Source: a candidate division WOR-3 bacterium (GTDB lineage: Bacteria > Hydrothermota > 32-111). Taken from it: a stretch of 64,000 nucleotides of DNA. Positions 1 through 10,368 of the stretch are shown here, piece after piece; the first letter of the stretch is position 1; the number at the start of each line of letters is the position of its first letter. The stretch lies in contig JBDRZY010000006.1 in the NCBI GenBank assembly GCA_039804205.1, forward strand, positions 63,855 through 127,854, read 5' to 3'. The position numbers were made by a program, and so were the translations under genes. The notes under the pieces were generated by a model. It saw only the letters and a program-made list of their open reading frames with translations, was not told the DNA's origin and did not search any database.

Positions 1-1255
1 CGATCGTTTTTACTATTGCAAGACCAAGACCCATTCCAGGATATTTTTTCGAACTCGTCTGTTCAACCTGATAGAATCTGTCAAATATCTTATCGATTTT
101 ATCCGCAGGGATTCCAATTCCTGTGTCCTCAACTCTGATCACAGCATAAAGATTGTTGTTATCCATTTTTTCATATCCTGTTATAGTAATATTACCATCC
201 TTTTGAGTGAATTTCAAGGCATTATTTATTATGTTATCGAACGCTTCGATAAGAGCATTCCTGTCAGCATATATCGGTGTTTCAAGATTGGATGCATCAA
301 GAACAATCTTTATATTTTTTTCGGTAGCGATTGGAATATATGTGTCAACGATATCTTTTAAAACTTTTTTAAGATCGAAAATTTCTCTTTCAAGGTTTAT
401 ATATTCTGACTTTGCATACTTTATAATTTTGTCGATCTGGTTGAGTATAGAGTTTACATTTTTTATCACAACAGTTAAAGCATCCTTTTGAGATGGCTGC
501 AGTTCCCCCATTTTTTCAGAATACATATATTCAAGATACCCTTTAATTTTAGTTAACGGAGTTTTCAGTTCATGAGAAATATTTTCGATTACACTTGATT
601 TTGCACTATCCATCTCCTTCAGGGAAAAATTCTGATCCTTTAAAATACTTATAACTCCTTTTAACCTTTCAATTTCATTTTCTTTCTTTTTTATAATCTC
701 GTTTACAGTTGAGAATAAATCATAGAATTCATCATTCACATTTTTATTTTCAATCTTACCATTTCTTATAGATTCGATGATACTCAAAATATTCTTTTGT
801 CTCCTGTCTTTTAAAATGAACATAAAATAAAGGATAAAGATGAACAATGCACTTCCAAAAATAAACTGTAAAATTAAAGCAAATCTAAATTTTGATTGTG
901 TTTCTTTATATACAAAAAGTATCGATCTGTTCTCATTTGGAAGATTGTATTTATAAATTTTGGGATAAGATGAAAGATCTTTCATGTCGAACATATCATT
1001 TTTATAAACTATACTATTTTGATAGAAATTTTCATTATCAAAAACGATCACAGCAACGAGATCTTCATCGATCAAAGAAATCTGTTGTTTAGAGAGTGTT
1101 TGTTGAAGGTATCTCTCACTTTTATTTTTAAGATGTATATCAACAAGTTTATCAAGGATAAGATTTACAAGAACTGAAACAAAAAACCAAAAAATTAAAA
1201 AGGAAAATAAAAAAATCAGAAGATAAAAAAAAGTTTTATCCTTTTTCATTATCAT
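1..1255 (-). CDS. Sensor histidine kinase; C-terminal end cut off by the window edge
   Basis: Absent from the ORF track because it runs off the window. Hand translation of the minus strand from ATG 1255 (in-frame ATG also at 1249) gives an N-terminal TM segment. It also gives the H-box ENISHELKTPLTKIKGY (His codon 574-572) and the HATPase G-boxes EDTGIGIPADKIDKIFDRFYQ...GMGLGLAIVK. I checked that all of these lie in one frame. Confidence 0.8.
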   Translation of the reverse strand, partial: MIMKKDKTFFYLLIFLFSFLIFWFFVSVLVNLILDKLVDIHLKNKSERYLQQTLSKQQISLIDEDLVAVIVFDNENFYQNSIVYKNDMFDMKDLSSYPKIYKYNLPNENRSILFVYKETQSKFRFALILQFIFGSALFIFILYFMFILKDRRQKNILSIIESIRNGKIENKNVNDEFYDLFSTVNEIIKKKENEIERLKGVISILKDQNFSLKEMDSAKSSVIENISHELKTPLTKIKGYLEYMYSEKMGELQPSQKDALTVVIKNVNSILNQIDKIIKYAKSEYINLEREIFDLKKVLKDIVDTYIPIATEKNIKIVLDASNLETPIYADRNALIEAFDNIINNALKFTQKDGNITITGYEKMDNNNLYAVIRVEDTGIGIPADKIDKIFDRFYQVEQTSSKKYPGMGLGLAIVKTI

Positions 1256-1294
1256 AATTATAAAACTTTTTCTTTGAAAAGACAATAGAATAGA

Positions 1295-4200
1295 TTAAAA
1301 TCTAAACAGAGTCCAGAAACCCAAACTTATAAGTTGCCTTTTATCTCCCCTTTTTCTATCTTCACTTCTTGAAAATGTAAAATTGATACCACCTGATACA
1401 TTACTGGTAAAATTGTAATCCGCTCTCGGTTTGATATCGTAGAGGATTTTATCTTCAACAAGATTGTTGTTGGTGATATCAAGATCCTGAACTTTCGTAT
1501 AGGAGAAATCTATTCCAGTGTTTAAAGTTGATTTGAATTTTAAAACTTTATTGATGATCGGTAAATTGATCCCCGACGGTGAAGAAAAAGCATAGTTGAA
1601 AGATAAAGTGTTCGAATATGTTTTATTTTCTCGCGAAAGTTCAATCCCAGAATAAGAATTTGAAAGAGAATTTGTATAGTTAAAATTGTAATTGAAATTC
1701 AAATTGAAAAATGTTGCTCCCGATAAACCTATAAGTGGGTAAAAATCAAGAGAATTACTGTTTCTATTCAAAATTGTATCGTTCATAAAAGAGAATATTT
1801 CCCCTTTCGAAACACTTGTTGTCGCGTTCAAATATCTAAAGAATTTTTCGAGAGGTTTTATCTGTTCTATGTTAGATAATGTTAAAGAGATGTTTGGCCA
1901 CTTTTTATTTGTATCTTTAATAATATTCTGGTTCTGCGCACTTCTGTTAAAAGAAAAGGAATATGAACCTCTCACATCAAAATTCCATATCGAAAAACCT
2001 GATGAAAAAGAATATGAATAGTTGTTATTGTTTCTGATCTGAGAATATGATGAAAAATAATCGTATGGCAAACTATCAGAAATCCCTATTTTAAACAAAA
2101 ATGGTGGATTTCCTTTAACATAGTTGAAAGATAAAGTTCTATTTGTTGAGAATGAATAGTTCAGACCAGAAAAATTGTTCAAAAACTTTTCAAGGTGGAT
2201 GGCGATCCAGTGAGGAGAACCAGTCAAAGCGAGAGAATCTTTTGATTCATCCCTGATCTGTGTAACAAGTTTTAACATCTTCGCATAATCAAAGTTTCCG
2301 TTTAAAGATAGCCTTGTGTTCTGAGAAAGATCCGTTGAAAATAAAGAATCGAGAGAATAGAGATTCCTATTGTTTCTTTCAGAATAGTTTGTCGAAATAT
2401 TTAACGAGTGGGTCAGATATCTTATAAACACCGGGTTATAGTTTATATTAAAACTGTTGTTCTCCCCAACTTTTTTTCCTAAAAATCCCAAGAATTCATT
2501 ATCCTTCTGTAAAAGATCATGTATTTTACTCTCCGAATAATTGATCTCGAGGGATCTAAAAATCCTGTATCTTGTCGAAAAGGATCTGTTGAAATTCTTC
2601 AAAAAATTTTCCCCGACATTAACAAAACCATTTTCTCCAAGTAAAAATGATTTCGTTTCATTTGTTGAATAGGAAAGATTATAAGTGATATTCGAAGGGA
2701 AATAATAAAATTCAAAATTTCTGAAAAATTTTAGCGGCATAACATTAAAGTTGTAACCAAAATTTGAAGATACAGAATTCGTTTTTGTCGAATCTGTTCT
2801 GTTATATGTTAAATTGTTCGATGATGAGTTTGTATAAGACAGTGAAGGTATATCAAAAATATAATGTAAAAATCTGTTGGTAAAACTATTTGACCTTTTA
2901 ATACTTGCGCTGAAATTTGAAGATGTTGTGAAGTTCGAAAACCTTTTAATCTCTTCATTTGTAAGTGTATAATCTGAACCGACATAGTAAACAGGCCTGT
3001 TAGTCGATTTTGAATAGGAGAAAGTCAGAGGGGAAACGATCCCAAAAAATTCAGGCAGAAGTTTTTCACCGTTAAATGAGAAAGAAAATCTGTAATTGCT
3101 GTTAAAATTACCTGAACCATATTTATCGCTTATAGTTTTAAAATAAGGGTTTCTAACTCCCGTTAAAAATGAAATGTTTAAAAGTTCAGGAATTTCAAGG
3201 TTAGATGATATATCCCCCGCATAACCCATTTCATTCTTTGGATCAATCACCATTATATCATCGACCCAAATCTCAGTGGATTCAGCACTGTTTGCAATAT
3301 TTTGAACATAGAGTTCAAGATAACCAATATTTGTTAAAGATGGAGAACCAAAAAATCCGTATAAACCTTTTTCAGCAAAAGATTTATCAAGATTGTTCTT
3401 TTTCAAATTCACAAGTGAATCAAGAAAAACTGTAACCGTATCCCATTTGGAGGTTGGAGTATATTTTATGAAATAATAATTTAAAGAATCACCTCCAAAC
3501 TTCAAATAGAAATTGAACGAATCAGAGTTTGTTGACCTGATGTAAAACTGAAGTGTTCGATACCTTTCATAACTCTCCCTTACAGGTAAAACTTTATAAA
3601 CTTTTCCTGATTCGTTATGATAAAAATTGTTACAATAGATGACCATCGACTGTTCTCTTTTGGGTTTCCCATTAAAATCAACACCGGGATTATAAGGTGG
3701 ATAATAATCCGGATCCGTTTGATTGTTTTTTGCTCCAAAGAAAAATTTTGAACTGTCACCATTTACTATTTTACTTTTCCATTTGTTTGTTATCATTGAA
3801 ATTTGATATATTGAGAGTGTATCATTCCCTGAAACTCCATACCAGTAAAGACGTGCATATTTTATATATTTCAAATCCGGATTTCCAATTTTTTCTACAG
3901 TATTTGATTGTATAGGAATTCTGTAAAGTTTCCAGTTTGTAATTGGATTTTTGTAAACGAGGTTTTCATCAGAGGTTAAATTTATCGTAAACCTGTAATA
4001 ATCATCCCTGGTGTTCAAAGAACCATCTCTGTCGAGATCCTCTGTATCAAAAAGATTGTTGTTTTCAGTTCCATTTATTTTGTCATAATAGTATTGTTGG
4101 GATAATGAATAATAATAATCATCGTTACCATCATCACCCGGAACATTTAAAGAATCAGAACCATATACACCATCAAGCCCTGTATCCTCATTAACATCAA

Positions 4201-6715
4201 GGATCCCATCATTGTTTTTATCCTCAGTTTGTAAAATACCATCTGGACCAGCCAGAGTTTTATCCTTTCTTCTTCTGACCATATCTTCAGGAATATTTTT
4301 ACCAACCTCTAAAACAACGTTACCTTCATCTCCCTTAACCCAGATTTCCAAAAACATCATATCCGTAAGATCAATTCCTGTTCTTGAAACAAGTTGGTTC
4401 AAAGAGATGAATGTGTTCGTTGAGGAAACAGAGTTATCCATAAAGATTTTCATAACTGAAACATCTTTTGTTTTTTCTACATCAGGTAAGAGTGAATTTA
4501 TATTACCACCAAGTTCAATCGTGTTATACCAATAATACTTGTAAGATAGATTGTCTGGATCAAAACCAAAAGGCAGAGAACCGAAAACCCATGATTTCCT
4601 GTCTATGGAAAGATCATTCGAAACAATAACCGATTCCATATTTTCGATCGATGCTTTTTTAGCACTGTTATTCTCAGGTTTAGAAAGAGCCATTTTGGAA
4701 ACAAGTGAAAACTTTGATGGAGAAGTTGTATTATAGAATGGTAAAAAGTTGGCAAGATCACTTAAAGAATAAAAATTTTCATTGTATGAAACATCGCCCT
4801 CGCCAAGAAGTATCTCCTGTGGCTCTTCTCCTATTTTTGGATAATCTTCAAGATTGTATGAAAGAGTGTTGTACAACCAGTTCGAATTCGCAAAAAGTTT
4901 ATCGGAAAGTTGATAATCGAAATGCATTCCTAAAAGATTTTTAGATGTTAAAGAAAGAAATGGCGAGTACTGATAATCTATTGTTATCTGGGCGTTTGGG
5001 GAATTCACAATATCTGTTAAAAAATTCACTATTCCATATTCGTAATCGATAGTGTAATCCTTATCACGTGTTAATGTGATACCGTTAACTCTGACAACCT
5101 CGGAACCTTCGATGATGTTAAAAGTACCCAGTGAATAAACTGATTGACTACCACTATATTTTATATCAAGATAATATTTTCTGCCAACGGAAGTCCCACT
5201 TTCCATTGTCCAGTAGATAATAGAGTCCTTATCGATCAAACTATCAGAATCAAAAGGATAAAGAGATGGGAAAATCAAAAAACCTCTATTGAAATCAACA
5301 TAGTTTAGATCAACCTTTCCATCATTGTTTTGATCAAGTCCCAAAAGTTTAAGATAGGTTGTATTCCCCTGTAACTCATAATCCTCTCCTGATCCTGTAT
5401 TAACTTTTTTGATCGAAAGTTTAAAACTTTCTGGAATGATGTTTCTAGAGTTGAAAGAATAAACATTTTTCATCATATATTCCCAGGTTGGAGAGAAAGG
5501 ATAGTCATCCTTCTGTTTTATTATTTTTAAAACAAGTGTATCGACATATCCAAAATTTCCAACAGTATCGATTCGACCATTAGACCTTTTTACAATATAA
5601 GATATTCCAATCACTTCTGAAGATGCGAGAGTAGAAGTGAATTCGATGAACTGTCCATTTTTATAATAGATATAGTCCTTATCTTCACCCGGGATCATCA
5701 AAGAAAAATTACCAACAAAAAAAAGTGAATCCATGGTTGACGGATTAAAATATAGTTTCGCTGGCAACACTCCCTCTTCATCGTTATTTGTACCTATACC
5801 ATCATCCTTGTATACATTCAGAAGTATTATAGAATCTGAAGATGAAAGACCTAAAAGAAAAAACCTGTTTTTTTGATAATCAATATCGTATATTCTTATA
5901 GAATCAACACTCGTATTTCCTACAAACTGTTTCTGTTCATTCTCTCCCGATTCTTTTGATGCAACAAAAGTAAAATTCAACCCTCCAAGTTGTCCGCTTC
6001 CCTTTATTCCAAAAAGTCCTTTGTGTTGAGGCGTTCCACCGATAAGTTTTATTCCAGGTAAACTCAAAGAAACATCTCCCGCCTGAACGGTTTGCAGGAT
6101 ATCATCATCAAGCCCTTTGTACTCGAGAACAACAGTGTTGTCAGATTTTTTTTCAGTTTCACTGTTATGCTTCAGATTGACCTTTATCCTGTCTCCAACA
6201 CTTCCGGTCACATTGACTATAAGTTGTTGTTTCAGCATAAACTCAGGAATCCATGAAATGTTCGCTGTTCCCTTTTCAATAGCTGTAAGATCAAAAGTTT
6301 TACTACCTGAATAATCTATCCTTTCTGAACCTTCCACAACAAGTTTTCCACCTTCACCGAAAAATGATTTCATCTTTCCAAAAGTTATAGGAATATCTAT
6401 ATCACCTATGAGTCCAGTTGAAGTTGAAGTTCTAAACGATTCTTTGAAATTCGCAGTCAACATTTCTCTAATCATCTTTTCATTTTTTTGTGAAAAATAG
6501 AGGTCTTTTGTTTTTATCGAATCAATTCCCAAAAAATAATCTTTATAAAAACTTTTGAAGATAACAAGGTTGTTCACCTCGTCGAATTCAATCGTCTGTT
6601 TATAACCATCAAACTCTCTTTTGTATTCAAGAAATTTTTTTTCAAGATTTAAGGTTTCTCGAGAGAAAATAGATATGAAGAATATAACGGGGATAAGAAT
6701 TTTTAAAACTTTCAT
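1295..6715 (-). CDS. sprA: Giant outer-membrane beta-barrel protein, SprA/Sov-like type IX secretion translocon (1806 aa)
   Basis: The protein has a signal peptide (MKVLKILIPVIFFISIFS). The N-terminal block LIVNVTGSVGDRIKVNLKHNSE...VVLEYKG..DDILQTVQAGDVSLSLPG resembles the conserved SprA N-terminal signature as I recall it. There is an acidic NNDG/DxD-rich middle region and the motif NWKLYRIPI...IKYARLYWYG. A long N/S/Y/F-rich stretch of alternating beta-strands ends in a terminal Phe (TLFRF), the typical OMP beta-signal. Confidence 0.6.
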   Translation of the reverse strand: MKVLKILIPVIFFISIFSRETLNLEKKFLEYKREFDGYKQTIEFDEVNNLVIFKSFYKDYFLGIDSIKTKDLYFSQKNEKMIREMLTANFKESFRTSTSTGLIGDIDIPITFGKMKSFFGEGGKLVVEGSERIDYSGSKTFDLTAIEKGTANISWIPEFMLKQQLIVNVTGSVGDRIKVNLKHNSETEKKSDNTVVLEYKGLDDDILQTVQAGDVSLSLPGIKLIGGTPQHKGLFGIKGSGQLGGLNFTFVASKESGENEQKQFVGNTSVDSIRIYDIDYQKNRFFLLGLSSSDSIILLNVYKDDGIGTNNDEEGVLPAKLYFNPSTMDSLFFVGNFSLMIPGEDKDYIYYKNGQFIEFTSTLASSEVIGISYIVKRSNGRIDTVGNFGYVDTLVLKIIKQKDDYPFSPTWEYMMKNVYSFNSRNIIPESFKLSIKKVNTGSGEDYELQGNTTYLKLLGLDQNNDGKVDLNYVDFNRGFLIFPSLYPFDSDSLIDKDSIIYWTMESGTSVGRKYYLDIKYSGSQSVYSLGTFNIIEGSEVVRVNGITLTRDKDYTIDYEYGIVNFLTDIVNSPNAQITIDYQYSPFLSLTSKNLLGMHFDYQLSDKLFANSNWLYNTLSYNLEDYPKIGEEPQEILLGEGDVSYNENFYSLSDLANFLPFYNTTSPSKFSLVSKMALSKPENNSAKKASIENMESVIVSNDLSIDRKSWVFGSLPFGFDPDNLSYKYYWYNTIELGGNINSLLPDVEKTKDVSVMKIFMDNSVSSTNTFISLNQLVSRTGIDLTDMMFLEIWVKGDEGNVVLEVGKNIPEDMVRRRKDKTLAGPDGILQTEDKNNDGILDVNEDTGLDGVYGSDSLNVPGDDGNDDYYYSLSQQYYYDKINGTENNNLFDTEDLDRDGSLNTRDDYYRFTINLTSDENLVYKNPITNWKLYRIPIQSNTVEKIGNPDLKYIKYARLYWYGVSGNDTLSIYQISMITNKWKSKIVNGDSSKFFFGAKNNQTDPDYYPPYNPGVDFNGKPKREQSMVIYCNNFYHNESGKVYKVLPVRESYERYRTLQFYIRSTNSDSFNFYLKFGGDSLNYYFIKYTPTSKWDTVTVFLDSLVNLKKNNLDKSFAEKGLYGFFGSPSLTNIGYLELYVQNIANSAESTEIWVDDIMVIDPKNEMGYAGDISSNLEIPELLNISFLTGVRNPYFKTISDKYGSGNFNSNYRFSFSFNGEKLLPEFFGIVSPLTFSYSKSTNRPVYYVGSDYTLTNEEIKRFSNFTTSSNFSASIKRSNSFTNRFLHYIFDIPSLSYTNSSSNNLTYNRTDSTKTNSVSSNFGYNFNVMPLKFFRNFEFYYFPSNITYNLSYSTNETKSFLLGENGFVNVGENFLKNFNRSFSTRYRIFRSLEINYSESKIHDLLQKDNEFLGFLGKKVGENNSFNINYNPVFIRYLTHSLNISTNYSERNNRNLYSLDSLFSTDLSQNTRLSLNGNFDYAKMLKLVTQIRDESKDSLALTGSPHWIAIHLEKFLNNFSGLNYSFSTNRTLSFNYVKGNPPFLFKIGISDSLPYDYFSSYSQIRNNNNYSYSFSSGFSIWNFDVRGSYSFSFNRSAQNQNIIKDTNKKWPNISLTLSNIEQIKPLEKFFRYLNATTSVSKGEIFSFMNDTILNRNSNSLDFYPLIGLSGATFFNLNFNYNFNYTNSLSNSYSGIELSRENKTYSNTLSFNYAFSSPSGINLPIINKVLKFKSTLNTGIDFSYTKVQDLDITNNNLVEDKILYDIKPRADYNFTSNVSGGINFTFSRSEDRKRGDKRQLISLGFWTLFRF

Positions 6716-7545
6716 AACAAAGAATACAAAATTTTTAGATCGTGCTCATAATCTGCAACATCACCCGGGACTTCAATAACCATTGGATGATTTTTGAACC
6801 TTTTATCTTTCAAAAGCATTTCAAAAGATTTTAATCCTAAAAATCCTTTTCCAATGAATTCATGTCTATCCTTTCTCATAGCAAGATCATACTTAGAATC
6901 GTTTAAGTGAAACAATTTTAATTTTTTCAGACCTATTATCCTGTCAAAAGATTCAAATGTTTTTTCAAAGACATCCCGTTCTCTGATATCATAACCAGCT
7001 TCAAAAGTATGACATGTATCATAACACACAAACAATCTTTTTTCATATTTTGTTTTTGAAATTATATCCCTTAAATGTTCAAATCTGTATCCTATCGAAC
7101 TCCCCTGCCCCGCTGTAGTTTCAAGCAGTATGTTGCCATAAGCGATTTTTTCACATATTATATCAAGTCCTTCTGCGACTCTTTTTATACCATACTCCTC
7201 CCCCTCACCCAGATGATTACCTGGATGGAAAACAACATCATCTATTTTTAGTTTCTCCGCCCTTTTGAGATCATCGACCAGATTATCTATACTCTTTTTG
7301 AAAATTTCTTTATCTTTTGATGCAAGGTTTAAAAGATAAGAAGCATGAATGTTCACATATTTAACATTAGAAGATTTGAAACCTTTTTTGAAATCATCTA
7401 TTTCATCTAAATCAAAAAATTTACTTTCCCATCTCCTCTGATTTTTAGCAAATATTTGAACCGCTGAACATTTGATCATGTCAGCGGTTTCAAACATCTT
7501 TAAAAAACCTTCAGAAACTGAGAGATGTGCACCTAAAAATGGCAT
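6712..7545 (-). CDS. nfo: Deoxyribonuclease IV (endonuclease IV, AP endonuclease family 2)
   Basis: It begins MPFLGAHLSVSEGF...AVQIFAKNQRRW and carries the metal-ligand motifs HASYLLNLAS, VFHPG and YDTCH. Length is 277 aa. Confidence 0.9.
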   Translation of the reverse strand: MPFLGAHLSVSEGFLKMFETADMIKCSAVQIFAKNQRRWESKFFDLDEIDDFKKGFKSSNVKYVNIHASYLLNLASKDKEIFKKSIDNLVDDLKRAEKLKIDDVVFHPGNHLGEGEEYGIKRVAEGLDIICEKIAYGNILLETTAGQGSSIGYRFEHLRDIISKTKYEKRLFVCYDTCHTFEAGYDIRERDVFEKTFESFDRIIGLKKLKLFHLNDSKYDLAMRKDRHEFIGKGFLGLKSFEMLLKDKRFKNHPMVIEVPGDVADYEHDLKILYSLL

Positions 7546-7552
7546 ACTATTC

Positions 7553-10354
7553 CTATTGACTGATTAAAGTTTCAACTTTTTCTTCATCCAAAACTTTATC
7601 ATTTTTATCAACACCACGGGGGTATTTATCACTTAAAGTTTCGAGTCCTTTTCTTTTACCCCACATTTTTACCTCTTCCCTTATCTGCTTTATCTGCTCA
7701 TCTCCGGGTTTTATGACATCCCAAAGGTCAAGCAATCTGCTTAAAATTTCAGGTTCTTCTTTTTCCATATAGAAGAATCCTATGACATTTCCGAGAAGTT
7801 GTAAATCGGTTTTCAAAGTTTGAACTATCTTTTCGAAATTCGCAATATCGCCCTGTTTATAATAAACCTTCAAAAGACCTGATAAAAACATCGCATTTTT
7901 TGGATTAGTATCAACATATTTTTTGAACAACTCTAAAGATTTTTGATAATCGTTCAATTTTAAATATATCTGTCCAAGAAGAAAATCGAATATCTCCGTC
8001 TTTTCCCCCTTTTTATCAATTGATTTACCATATATTATTTCTTTCTCCGCCTCTTCGTATTTCCCTAAATCCATAAGAAATCTTGTGATCTGCAAAGTAA
8101 CAGCGTTTCTGTCATAAACATAAAATTTACGACCTTCTCTTAAATACTCGATCGATTTCTCAAGGGAATCTATCTGTGCATAATAGATTCCAAGTTGCAA
8201 AAATCCAGCAGCGTAGTTCGTCATTATTCTATCGATGTTATCATCCTTAACAATTTTTTCATCAAGTATGTATTTGTATTTATAAACGTTATAGATGTTA
8301 TGTTTTGTTCTTTCAACATCTATCAGGTAAGGATATTTCTTTGCTTCTTCAGTAGAAACTATTCTGTATGCTAAACCTTCAAGGACAGAATTCTGTTTGT
8401 AAGCCATCCTCGCATCATCTGAAACTGTAACTGAAAAATAGATCTCAATTGAATCAGGTTTATACTTATCAAGAACCAGAAATTTAAACAAATCTGTACT
8501 CGCATAAAGGATATCTTTTGTGCATTTTATTCCAGAAGTTGTACATATCATATTTCTTATCGCGAGATCTCTAACATAGAGTATTTCTCCATTCGGTATC
8601 CTGACAGGCATAAGATTATCTATCTCTTCATCTGTAAAACTGATCGGAACTCCAAAAGATTTCATCTGTTTTATATACCATGGAGTATTTAAAAGTGAAA
8701 GGTTACATACCATAACACCTTTTCGATTTTTTCTATCTAATGTTCTATAATTTCTAACAACCTGTTCAAACCAGAGTGGATATGTATCATTATCACCGTT
8801 TGTAAAGATAACAGCGTTATCCCTTGGTGTATCAAGCATATTTTTCGCATATTCATCTGCAATCCAGTTGTTTCTTCTGTTTGCATTTGATCTCATATTT
8901 GCAAAAATTGGTGAAATCGATATTACAACAATAAAAACGGTCAAAAATATTGAAGCGAAGTTAATACGATTTTTATTGTTCTTTGCTCTTTCAAAAAATT
9001 CTCTCATTCCAAAAGCGAAGAAAAAGAAAAATAAAAAATAGGAAGGTCCATAGAAATAATCCCTTTCTCTGACCTCTTTTTCAACATGTAAAGGATTCGG
9101 ATCTGACGGAGAATATTTCAGATTTAGATATGTTATGAGGCCAAAAGAAAGAAGAAGTAAAACTATACCGATGAGTATGAAAGTTTTTTTCTCGTTTTTG
9201 TAATGAATATATATACCATAAAAACCTATTATCGTGGTTATTGAAACTATAAGCGAAGATAAAATCTTTAACAAAATTGATGGGTGTAAAACTTCTTCAG
9301 GCCTATATACTGGAGAGAATTGCCATGTATAATACCTGATAAAGACCTTGACTTGCTCTATGTATGCTGGTATCGTTCCTATACCGTAATCTGTCTTTCT
9401 TGGTAAAAGATTCATCGGTCCATACTGCTTCCTGTTGAAAACATCCCAGAGATCTCTCAATGTCACTGGTGCTGCTATATTTATATAGGGGTTTTGTTTC
9501 GCTCTGATAATCAAAACAGCGTAAGTTGATACAGCGATTAAAATCAAAAAAGTATAAATTCCAAGATAAGAAAAAACCTTTTTATAATTTACTTTTCTTT
9601 GTGAATTGAAAGAATCGATCATCACAACAGTAACAATCGACAGAAATAAGCCAACTATTAGCAGAACCATATTTTCTTTTGTAACAGCAAGATAAAGAAA
9701 TGAAAACAAAACACCAAAAGATATGAGAGAAACTGAAAGATCATAATATTTTTTCCATGCAACAACAATAAAAAATATTAGAGCAGCAGGTAAAGCGAGA
9801 AGTGAAAGCATATGTATACCTATAGAAAGCAAAGTTATATAGATAACAAGCATCACATACCTATCATCATTTTTGTCATCGATTTTATCCCACCATACAA
9901 GACACAAAAAAATTGAGATCAGAATCATCAAAACAGCAGGGTTATAAACTTCAGCTTCAACAGCAGATTGCCAGAATGAATATATAAAAGAAGCAAAAAG
10001 AGAAGAGAAAAAAGCGGAAATATAATTCCATTTTTCATCTTTGAAAGTTTCTACTCTCCTGAAAACCTTTAACATTATAAAGAAAAGAAAAACCGATGCG
10101 AGTGCACTCGAAATTGAGGCAAAAAGGTTTACCCTTAAAGCGACCTCTTCAACAAAGAAAAGTATTCTTATGATCATGTTTCCAAGAAGTATCATCAAAG
10201 GAGTTCCTGGAGGATGGGGAACACCTAAAGAATACGAACAGGAAATAAATTCTCCACAATCCCAGAATGGAAGTGTTGGAGTAACAGTATAAAGATAAAC
10301 TGAAAATACGATCACGAAGAGTAAAATTCCCAACAGATAATCAAACTTTTTCAT
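7553..10354 (-). CDS. DUF2723 (TMEM260 / glycosyltransferase-117-like) polytopic membrane protein with C-terminal TPR repeats
   Basis: The N-terminal motif TPTLPFWDCGEFISCSYSLGVPHPPGTPL is characteristic of DUF2723. There are roughly 12 hydrophobic segments. The C-terminal third has TPR-like repeats (YYAQIDSLEKSIEYL, LGQIYLKLNDYQKSLELFKKY). Confidence 0.7.
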   Translation of the reverse strand: MKKFDYLLGILLFVIVFSVYLYTVTPTLPFWDCGEFISCSYSLGVPHPPGTPLMILLGNMIIRILFFVEEVALRVNLFASISSALASVFLFFIMLKVFRRVETFKDEKWNYISAFFSSLFASFIYSFWQSAVEAEVYNPAVLMILISIFLCLVWWDKIDDKNDDRYVMLVIYITLLSIGIHMLSLLALPAALIFFIVVAWKKYYDLSVSLISFGVLFSFLYLAVTKENMVLLIVGLFLSIVTVVMIDSFNSQRKVNYKKVFSYLGIYTFLILIAVSTYAVLIIRAKQNPYINIAAPVTLRDLWDVFNRKQYGPMNLLPRKTDYGIGTIPAYIEQVKVFIRYYTWQFSPVYRPEEVLHPSILLKILSSLIVSITTIIGFYGIYIHYKNEKKTFILIGIVLLLLSFGLITYLNLKYSPSDPNPLHVEKEVRERDYFYGPSYFLFFFFFAFGMREFFERAKNNKNRINFASIFLTVFIVVISISPIFANMRSNANRRNNWIADEYAKNMLDTPRDNAVIFTNGDNDTYPLWFEQVVRNYRTLDRKNRKGVMVCNLSLLNTPWYIKQMKSFGVPISFTDEEIDNLMPVRIPNGEILYVRDLAIRNMICTTSGIKCTKDILYASTDLFKFLVLDKYKPDSIEIYFSVTVSDDARMAYKQNSVLEGLAYRIVSTEEAKKYPYLIDVERTKHNIYNVYKYKYILDEKIVKDDNIDRIMTNYAAGFLQLGIYYAQIDSLEKSIEYLREGRKFYVYDRNAVTLQITRFLMDLGKYEEAEKEIIYGKSIDKKGEKTEIFDFLLGQIYLKLNDYQKSLELFKKYVDTNPKNAMFLSGLLKVYYKQGDIANFEKIVQTLKTDLQLLGNVIGFFYMEKEEPEILSRLLDLWDVIKPGDEQIKQIREEVKMWGKRKGLETLSDKYPRGVDKNDKVLDEEKVETLISQ

Positions 10355-10368
10355 CCATCCTCCTATAT

